The notes beneath the pieces are model-generated. The model made no database searches. It was not told the origin of the DNA and worked only from the letters and a program-made list of their open reading frames with translations. From a virus, in the IMG/VR virus record IMGVR_UViG_3300036981_000255, positions 34,617 through 98,616 of that record: 64,000 nucleotides of DNA. The stretch is one strand, 5' to 3'. Below, piece after piece: positions 56,785 to 64,000 of this stretch (its first letter is position 1; every line of letters begins with the position of its first letter). A program made the translations under genes and the position numbers.

Positions 56785-57405
56785 ATGAAAAGAAGAATAT
56801 TAATTAACGAAAATCAATACAATTTTTTATTTGAATCTGATGATTTTGAATTAAAAATCAATACACTTATTAATAGTGGACAATTAGAAAATATAGAACT
56901 TGCGTTTCAACTTATTGAGGGGATGAATTTAGATAAAGAAAAATTCTTTAGCCATTTTCAAGAAACTTTCGATTTTCTTAAACATCATGATAAGATTTCT
57001 GCAAATCCTCTGGATGAAATGACACCTCAAAGTCTTTATGAAATTTTAAATTTAGAAAATTTAGGGTTTCTACAAGACAAATTAATTGAAGGCGTACCTG
57101 AATTATGGTTGCCAAATTTATTCACTCTATACATCGAATTATCCGACCCAAAAACATTACCAAAATTTAGTCATACACCCAAATTAAATACACTTATATT
57201 AAGCAATAACGAACTGGACACAATACCTTTTTGGGATATTCAATCCTTGAAATTTTTATCCGTAGCTAACAATAATTTGTCCGATGTTTCAGTGTTTAAA
57301 AAATTAACAAATTTAACTGAATTAGATGTGTCAAAAAACTATTTTAAACATTCTCAAGCAATAGAGTTACAACAAATGTTACCCAATACTATAATCAGAT
57401 TCTAA
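56785..57405 (+). CDS. leader-tagged LRR protein
   Basis: MKRRILINENQYNFLFES; L..L.LSNN.L repeats. Confidence 0.8.
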   Translation: MKRRILINENQYNFLFESDDFELKINTLINSGQLENIELAFQLIEGMNLDKEKFFSHFQETFDFLKHHDKISANPLDEMTPQSLYEILNLENLGFLQDKLIEGVPELWLPNLFTLYIELSDPKTLPKFSHTPKLNTLILSNNELDTIPFWDIQSLKFLSVANNNLSDVSVFKKLTNLTELDVSKNYFKHSQAIELQQMLPNTIIRF

Positions 57406-58221
57406 ATGAAAAAACAAATTATATTAAACGAAAATCAATATAGAGTTTTATTTGAATCTGATGATTTTTCACTTCAATTAAAGAACTTGAAAAAATTACT
57501 TGAATCAGGTCAAGAAGAAAATATTGAACTTGCATTTCAACTTGGTGAAGGAATGGAATCTTATGTGCCAAATTTTAATATGGGCAGATATATATTGAGT
57601 AATTATGGAACTCTTATTAAAATGATTTTAGGTTATATGCCAAAAGGTAATGTAGGAACTTGGCACAATGAAGAAATTTACACTTACGTTGTAAAATCTT
57701 TTATTATGTTATTTAGCTCAAAAGAATTAAAATTGTTTAGAAAAGGTTTAACAAAATTTCCAGACGATATATCAAAATTACAACATATTGAATTATTAGA
57801 TTTAAGTGACAATCAATTGACATTCTTGCCAGAATCAATTGGATTATTAAAAAATTTAAGTCGTTTAAATTTAAGTGATAATAAAATATCTGAACTACCA
57901 AGCTCAATGAAAAATATGAGCAATTTGAGAGCAATTTCTTTATCCAATAATGAAATGTACCAGTTACCAAAAAATCTATTGGAATTTACACAGTTGGAAT
58001 TTTTGGATATATCATATAATAATTTTTTACACCTACCACAAGATATTGACAAATTGGCTAATTTAGAAATACTTTTTGCCAATGATAATAAACTGTCAAC
58101 AATTCCACACTCTTTATCTAATATCAAATCTTGGACACTTCTAGATTTTAAGTATAATCACATACTACCATCCGAACAACGTGAATTGCAACAATTATTT
58201 AAAGTTAAAATTGATTTTTAA
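57406..58221 (+). CDS. leader-tagged LRR protein
   Basis: MKKQIILNENQYRVLFES; LP.SIG.L..L..L.LS.N 23-aa repeats. Confidence 0.85.
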   Translation: MKKQIILNENQYRVLFESDDFSLQLKNLKKLLESGQEENIELAFQLGEGMESYVPNFNMGRYILSNYGTLIKMILGYMPKGNVGTWHNEEIYTYVVKSFIMLFSSKELKLFRKGLTKFPDDISKLQHIELLDLSDNQLTFLPESIGLLKNLSRLNLSDNKISELPSSMKNMSNLRAISLSNNEMYQLPKNLLEFTQLEFLDISYNNFLHLPQDIDKLANLEILFANDNKLSTIPHSLSNIKSWTLLDFKYNHILPSEQRELQQLFKVKIDF

Positions 58222-58273
58222 AATCAAACAAAAGACACTAATTAAAATCTAGCGTCTTTTGTTTGGTTTTTTT
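58222..58273. terminator. bidirectional terminator between convergent genes
   Basis: AATCAAACAAAAGAC.CTA / TAG.GTCTTTTGTTTGGTT plus T-run. Confidence 0.7.
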
Positions 58274-58684
58274 TTAATCATGTAACGTTTCCCAAAATTC
58301 ATTGTAACTAGATTTTTGAGTTGTTACTAACTCTGGATTGTGAGAATTAAACATATTCTTAATATTAATTCCTGCAATCATTGTATTTGAGCCAAAACCC
58401 ATAGCTACAATTTCTGCCCAGTCTTTGTCAAATTCTTCTTGACTCATGTTATCTAGCAATGCTTTTAACTGTTGAGCCATTTCAGATTTTGGTTCTTTGT
58501 TTTCGTTTTCCATTTTAGGCACTCCACATGCTTTACCATATACATGTGATTGAAAGTCAATAAATCTAGCGTAATTTTCCAAGTCAGTTAACGAATCATC
58601 ACATTGGAAATTAAGCAATTCTTTATCAACTTTCGCAAAAAATAGTTTTCTAGCGATTCTTTCTTGTTCGTTTTCAGTTTCCAT
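58274..58684 (-). CDS. hypothetical protein
   Basis: 136-aa ORF. Confidence 0.55.
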   Translation of the reverse strand: METENEQERIARKLFFAKVDKELLNFQCDDSLTDLENYARFIDFQSHVYGKACGVPKMENENKEPKSEMAQQLKALLDNMSQEEFDKDWAEIVAMGFGSNTMIAGINIKNMFNSHNPELVTTQKSSYNEFWETLHD

Positions 58685-58699
58685 TTTTAAATGTTTGTT

Positions 58700-61600
58700 T
58701 TATTGTTCACAAAATGATGTTTTTTCATTTGTTAAAAATTTGTAAGGTGGATTATCATAGTCAATAATGATTTTATCTTTCAAAAAATCAGCCAATTGAC
58801 TTCCAGTCATTTCAATTGAATTTAACCTAATGTCTTTTGAGATTTCATTCTTTTCGTTAACCCAATAAGTGCCATTATAGTCAATTCGCTCGTAGTCAAT
58901 ACTATTATTGGGGGACAAACCTTTGATAGACCATAATTCCATCTCATCGTCAGTAACCATCATTACTTCATCCAAATCAATTTGTTGTTCTTCTTTTCCG
59001 TCTAATGGAAAGTCGGACACCATTTCAAGTTGTTGTTTTGTGAACCAAATCCTTTCGTCTGCTTGGCGGTCTTTAGCTTCACCTGTTTTACGTTTAGTGT
59101 TTGGCGAAGGAATCTTCTTACGAATTTCAGGGTGAAACACAATCCAAATAGGCGCAAGCGCTTTGTTGAATTTTTCAACATACTTTGCAGGATTATAAGG
59201 AACTTTCGCATCCAATTCTTCTGGTAAAACCAATCTTGAAGTCAATCGTTGATTGCATAAAAGCACCTCAACTATATGTGCATCATCTTTTGTTTTGTAA
59301 GATTTGAAGGTGTATTTGAACTTAATATCTTCAGCCTTTCCAATCAAATCCAATTGATTTTCTTTTGAGACAATTGAATATCTTTTTGTCGCAAATGGGT
59401 CAGTATTTTCAACCTTAACATCGTTGAATGTGAACGAGCCATATTCTTCAAAATAATCGGCAGCATCAGATTCTTCACCATCCGTCAACATCACTTGATA
59501 TTCATCACCATATCCTTTGTACTCAAGAATAAGATTTTCAAGTTTCACAGGATTTTTAACCAATTTCTTTAAATCTTTGATAAAAGAGTCACATTTGATT
59601 TTTGAAGATAAACTGAAATAACCTATAACGTTTCTATCCGTCTTTTTGTCGGCAGTTTCTTTTTTTCCATCTCCAATATTGATGTAATAAATCCAATCGC
59701 CTTTTCCCACATTTAAATCAGCTTGAATGGCTAATTCCATGTGCGCTTGACGAACACCTTTACCTTCTTTCATGTTTTGAATGTAATCCTTCAACTCTTT
59801 GGTCAACCTTGCCTTACTTGCAATTTCTTTAGCAACGATTTCTTGGTTGTGGATTTTTTTCAAATATTCATAATAAGCATTTGTAAACCCGATGGCATCA
59901 CCAAGCAAAATTGTTTTAAGGTTCTTGTCGAAAAAGCGTTGAATGTATTCACTTTGTCTTTTGGAAGTTAGAGTACCACCCACGTAAGATATTTTATAAT
60001 CTCCTTTACTTTCTTTTAAATACACAAAATTTCCCTTTGAAAAATTGATACAACTAACTGCGTACTCGTCAATATCCACACCCATTTTACCTCTCATAAA
60101 TATGTCATTGTACTCTGCCACGTATGCTTCAACGCCAGTATATTCCTTATCCTTTGTAACAAGCCAATTATCACCTTTGCCAATGTATTTGTAATCATCT
60201 GCATTTTTAGGGATGACAAAATTTGCTCCATCTGTATGGAAATAGATAATTTTGAAACCTCTTGGTTTGAAATAATGAATCAAATGACGCATGTGTTGAC
60301 GACCTGAACACGTGATGTGCCATGCGCTATCAATGTGGCAGAAAGGTGAAACATTTGGTGCGCCCAACATTCCATAGAAAGAGTTGATAAGAATTTTTAA
60401 CGGCAATTGTTTTTTGTCATAATATTGCTCATTTGCATAATCTTTGTTCTTTTTAGCAACGTTCTTTTTATTTTTGTAATCAAGCCTTGTGTATAAACCA
60501 AATTTCACCAACATTTTGTAAATGCCAGTAATGTCAATGTCTGGGATTTCACAATGTTGTAAAAATTCGGACGGATACAAAGAAGAATAGTCAATCTTAA
60601 CGATGTTCTGATGAAATCCTGCTGAAACCATCCCAAGAAGTCCACCTGTAAAATCTCGTGGTTCTTCATAATTTGGAATAGCGATACAATTCAAATACGT
60701 CCATGTAGAAAGTAATAGTTTCCACACAGTTGCGCCACCCATTGTTGCAATTTTCTCATAAGAAGTTGGCAACCATTTGCAAATCTCAAAAGTCGCTTGA
60801 GAATACAATTTATCCAAAAGATATGGCTCTTCAATATCGTCAATCAAATATCGTTCAATGATATAGTTGCCTGTAACAGTTTCATATTTGTTCCATTCTT
60901 TGATAATTTCCTTTGAAAAATCTTTGTCCTTGTGGTCTTTTGCGATTTCACTGCCATCAACTTTCTCAAAGCCTTCTCGAACTAACAATTGATGAATCAA
61001 ACGAATATCGTCAAAATTCACACGAATTTCCTTCAATTTTGTTTGCAAGTATTCACAAATCTTTGGACATTTTGCTTTTAAATCTGATGTAAATCCAGTG
61101 TAAGGGCTGACAATGCCATCGTATTTGATAGCAAGTTGATAAAATGCTAAAAAATTGTCATCAATCTCTTGCTTTGCAAAGTTATATCGTTTATCGTCTT
61201 CAAAATTGTTTTTTATCTCAAATGAATTTTCACAATCCGCAATGATTGGTTTTGTCCCATCTGCATTTTCATGGTAGAGAAACAATAGATTTTTATTCTT
61301 GTAGAACTTGATATTATCACCATTCTCACGAATTAGTGATTTATCAAAAGACATTTTGCTGAAATCTAACGATTTCTTTGAAACAAAAAATTCACCTGAC
61401 TCTCGATTGTAATAGTAAGGTCTTTTGTCTTTGTTGATATAACCAATCAAGTCTCCTTTAACATAAACACGACCCTTCTTTGCAAGATTTGCATGAATGA
61501 TATTGTCCTTTAATTTGAAATTGGGAATAGTTTTATCTTGTGCAGCAGCTCTTTTCACAGCAAACATCACATCACAAATATTTCGACCATACATTTTTGT

Positions 61601-63262
61601 TTGTGTATAATCTTCTGTTGCTCCACCAACTTTTACTTTTGCACCTTCATTTTTTCCATACATGAAATATGGATAAACTTCACCACATTTTTCATAATAT
61701 GGACTTAACAAGTCACGAATATAGTCCAACGTAGTCTTCGTACTATCCTTAACACCATCTTTATTTTTGACAAAGCATCCTAAGAGTTCAAGTCTTTTTT
61801 CAATGAACGGAAAATCAAATCCTTCGCCATTATAAGTCAAAAGAAGGTCTGGGTCAAGTTCGCCAATGATTCGATAAGTCTCTTCAATGATAAATTGTTC
61901 TTCGGTTGGATTATCAGCATTTAAAACTTTTTCAAAACCTCTATTATCCTTGATACCGATTTGAAAAACACAACCCAATTCAGGTTTTAAAGCAGCAATT
62001 TTTATATGCTCGTTGCCAACTTGTGCTTGGGTTTCAATATCGAATGTTAATATATGTAGGTCATCGTAATTTTCAATTCCCTTGTACAATCTACGACCAG
62101 TTTGAATCATATATTGTTCATTAGGATTTACAAAAAACAATTGACTTTCCATTTTTTTGAACACGTCAATCCTATTGACGTTCAACCATTTCAAAAGGTC
62201 TTTTTGTTCGTCAGTGTTGTCATAAGTTTGGCATTCAATAATACTGCCAATGATTTTTTTCTCATCCAATTGAATGTTGAACCAGTTTTGATGGTCATCA
62301 TTCTCTTTTATAAAATCCAAGAACTTATCAATCGAAGTATCAATCTCTTTGTTGATATAAGTTCTATTGATTTTGAACGAAATGTTAGAATTTTTCTTCT
62401 GATACCATTTGATAATTTTTGTCCAATCTACACTATCTTTGGTAAATACGTCAAATTCTTTATGCCACTTATGTAATTTGAAAAAAAGTTCAATTCGGTC
62501 ATCTTCGTCAATGATACTATTGAACCAATTTTTAAGTTTTACTTCATCAATATACACAGTTCCCTTCGGAGACAGACCACCTTCTTTGAAGAAATCCAAT
62601 AGATTTTTGAAAGACCCTTTGATTTTTTTTGGTTTACCATAAGCATCAATTTGGAAATATGGATTGTCACTTAGTTCTGGTTTTTCAGACTGGTCATCCA
62701 AAGTGAATTTATATTTGAAACCTTCTGCCATGCGTTTGACAGTGGAAGATTCAAATTTAGTTATTTGTTCTTCAACATTGATACCATATATGCGTTGTTT
62801 CTTATTGACCAAATCTTTCCATTCGTCATAAGATTCAATTTTATATCTGACGATGTATTTTTTCACATCTTCTTTATACCTTTCTTCTAAAATGCGATTA
62901 TCAATGCCATCAAAAGTTATTTGGCGGTTGTTTGGTAAAATAGCAATTTCGTTTGAAACAGCAGTTTCATCAAGTTCAACAATATTATGTGTAAAAAATG
63001 TGGCTGTTGTGGGTTTTTTAGACCAAACAAAAGGTTTTAATCCGTTTTTGTGTGTGAATCTGGGTGTGTCACCTTGAAAATCCTTGGCAAAGAAAATATC
63101 AACATTATTGTGATTTCTGGAAACTTCAATTGCACGAATACCTAACATCTCTTTTCCAAAAATATCTTTTTCATAACTGCCATTCAAAAAATCAACAACA
63201 TTCTTGTCATCAAATTCTGGCTTATTTCTGTCTTGCTTGGTTTTTAATATGTTATATCGCAC
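58700..63262 (-). CDS. family B DNA polymerase with large insertions
   Basis: Exo I FDIET, Exo II YNGEGFDFPF, Exo III YLIDD, motif A DYSSLYPS, motif B KILINSFYG, motif C YFHTDG. Confidence 0.95.
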   Translation of the reverse strand: MRYNILKTKQDRNKPEFDDKNVVDFLNGSYEKDIFGKEMLGIRAIEVSRNHNNVDIFFAKDFQGDTPRFTHKNGLKPFVWSKKPTTATFFTHNIVELDETAVSNEIAILPNNRQITFDGIDNRILEERYKEDVKKYIVRYKIESYDEWKDLVNKKQRIYGINVEEQITKFESSTVKRMAEGFKYKFTLDDQSEKPELSDNPYFQIDAYGKPKKIKGSFKNLLDFFKEGGLSPKGTVYIDEVKLKNWFNSIIDEDDRIELFFKLHKWHKEFDVFTKDSVDWTKIIKWYQKKNSNISFKINRTYINKEIDTSIDKFLDFIKENDDHQNWFNIQLDEKKIIGSIIECQTYDNTDEQKDLLKWLNVNRIDVFKKMESQLFFVNPNEQYMIQTGRRLYKGIENYDDLHILTFDIETQAQVGNEHIKIAALKPELGCVFQIGIKDNRGFEKVLNADNPTEEQFIIEETYRIIGELDPDLLLTYNGEGFDFPFIEKRLELLGCFVKNKDGVKDSTKTTLDYIRDLLSPYYEKCGEVYPYFMYGKNEGAKVKVGGATEDYTQTKMYGRNICDVMFAVKRAAAQDKTIPNFKLKDNIIHANLAKKGRVYVKGDLIGYINKDKRPYYYNRESGEFFVSKKSLDFSKMSFDKSLIRENGDNIKFYKNKNLLFLYHENADGTKPIIADCENSFEIKNNFEDDKRYNFAKQEIDDNFLAFYQLAIKYDGIVSPYTGFTSDLKAKCPKICEYLQTKLKEIRVNFDDIRLIHQLLVREGFEKVDGSEIAKDHKDKDFSKEIIKEWNKYETVTGNYIIERYLIDDIEEPYLLDKLYSQATFEICKWLPTSYEKIATMGGATVWKLLLSTWTYLNCIAIPNYEEPRDFTGGLLGMVSAGFHQNIVKIDYSSLYPSEFLQHCEIPDIDITGIYKMLVKFGLYTRLDYKNKKNVAKKNKDYANEQYYDKKQLPLKILINSFYGMLGAPNVSPFCHIDSAWHITCSGRQHMRHLIHYFKPRGFKIIYFHTDGANFVIPKNADDYKYIGKGDNWLVTKDKEYTGVEAYVAEYNDIFMRGKMGVDIDEYAVSCINFSKGNFVYLKESKGDYKISYVGGTLTSKRQSEYIQRFFDKNLKTILLGDAIGFTNAYYEYLKKIHNQEIVAKEIASKARLTKELKDYIQNMKEGKGVRQAHMELAIQADLNVGKGDWIYYINIGDGKKETADKKTDRNVIGYFSLSSKIKCDSFIKDLKKLVKNPVKLENLILEYKGYGDEYQVMLTDGEESDAADYFEEYGSFTFNDVKVENTDPFATKRYSIVSKENQLDLIGKAEDIKFKYTFKSYKTKDDAHIVEVLLCNQRLTSRLVLPEELDAKVPYNPAKYVEKFNKALAPIWIVFHPEIRKKIPSPNTKRKTGEAKDRQADERIWFTKQQLEMVSDFPLDGKEEQQIDLDEVMMVTDDEMELWSIKGLSPNNSIDYERIDYNGTYWVNEKNEISKDIRLNSIEMTGSQLADFLKDKIIIDYDNPPYKFLTNEKTSFCEQ

Positions 63263-63292
63263 TTTGTTAACTTATTTTGATTGATTATAAAA

Positions 63293-63529
63293 TTAGACAG
63301 GAGAGCCATCAGCCAACCATTTGTTAAAAGTTTCAATTTGTTCACTCGTTGCCTTTTCAGCAGCTTCACACAGAATGCGTAGATTTTCAGCTTCAGCTTC
63401 CGTCCATATAACATCTTCACGATAACCCATTTCAGTTAGTAAATCCATGAAAATCATTTGATTTAAAACAGTCAAACGAGTTTCCAAAGGACATTCTTTG
63501 ATTAAATTTTCGTAGATTTTACTTGCCAT
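63293..63529 (-). CDS. hypothetical protein
   Basis: ATG 63529, MASKIYENL. Confidence 0.55.
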   Translation of the reverse strand: MASKIYENLIKECPLETRLTVLNQMIFMDLLTEMGYREDVIWTEAEAENLRILCEAAEKATSEQIETFNKWLADGSPV

Positions 63530-63724
63530 TATTGTTATATTGGTTATTTTTTGCAAGCCACTTATTTTTTAAATGAGAAGTTGCATCACAATATCTTAGA
63601 TAAAGTTCTTGCACATCATCGTCAGTTTCATTTTTCACCCAATCTCTAAAAATTGTCATTTGTTCATCAAAAAAAAAATTATAATTTCATCAGACGTGTA
63701 TTGTTTTTCGTTATTGTGCATCTT

Positions 63725-64000
63725 TTATGTTATTGCTTTGTTAATAATTGTTTGAACTTGTTCCTTTGAAAGGAGAGGATTTTTATTTTCAAGTTGACTT
63801 TGCTTTTTCAAATTTACAACTAAACGTTTAACAATTCTACTATGATAGATATGAATTTTATCTTTAATAGTATTAATATCATTTCGAGTTTGAAAATCAA
63901 CCTTGTCAATTGACTCAATACCAGTCAAAAGACTTTGCAAATCATCTATTGATTCTTTTAAATTGTCAATTGCTATTTCTTTACGAGTTTCGTATTTTTC
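63725..64000 (-). CDS. hypothetical protein (partial, enters from the right edge)
   Basis: Frame open from 64000 to the stop at 63725. Confidence 0.5.
   Translation of the reverse strand, partial: EKYETRKEIAIDNLKESIDDLQSLLTGIESIDKVDFQTRNDINTIKDKIHIYHSRIVKRLVVNLKKQSQLENKNPLLSKEQVQTIINKAIT

Noticed and set aside
58700-63262. Intein or intron in the DNA polymerase
   Set aside because: No C/S...HN-C/S/T splice junction or LAGLIDADG motifs seen; the ORF is continuous.
1-64000. tRNA or rRNA genes
   Set aside because: No cloverleaf or T-loop GTTCRA context recognised in the intergenic gaps; not verified with tRNAscan.

Overview
The window is a very AT-rich (roughly 30% GC by eye) segment of a large T4-like myovirus (jumbo-type) genome, probably infecting Bacteroidota. 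That host inference rests on A/T-rich start contexts without Shine-Dalgarno motifs and one secreted protein carrying a Bacteroidota-type beta domain. Morphogenesis genes include a partial tape measure gene, a gp26-like chaperone with a probable frameshift, tail tube, sheath, tail terminator, portal, gp5-like spike and neck proteins. The window also holds a gp55-like late sigma factor with about 11 TATTTATA late-promoter motifs, a ~10 kb glycosyltransferase/methyltransferase/UDP-GlcNAc 2-epimerase cluster, dUTPase, an AsnA-like aaRS paralog, an SNF2 helicase and a 1520-aa family B DNA polymerase. Three observations stand out. (1) Two TnpB/omega-RNA loci have guide positions holding diverged copies of the adjacent phage gene: the tail-tube 3' end after an intact tnpB, and the glycosyltransferase 5' end after an orphan omega-RNA, with a TTTAT TAM-like motif at the resident site. 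This looks like RNA-guided, allele-specific homing or anti-competitor weaponry with self-immunity. (2) About a dozen unrelated domains (ADP-ribosyltransferase-like, ParB-like, LRR, kinase, GNAT, WYL) share an 'MK-I-L-(N/T/S)E-QY--LFE' or related leader, suggesting a capsid-targeting/prohead-protease tag for injected effectors. (3) Degenerate paralogs of the capsid N-terminus, tail tube and terminase ATPase could be decoys against host sensors. All protein calls come from motif recognition by eye, not database searches.
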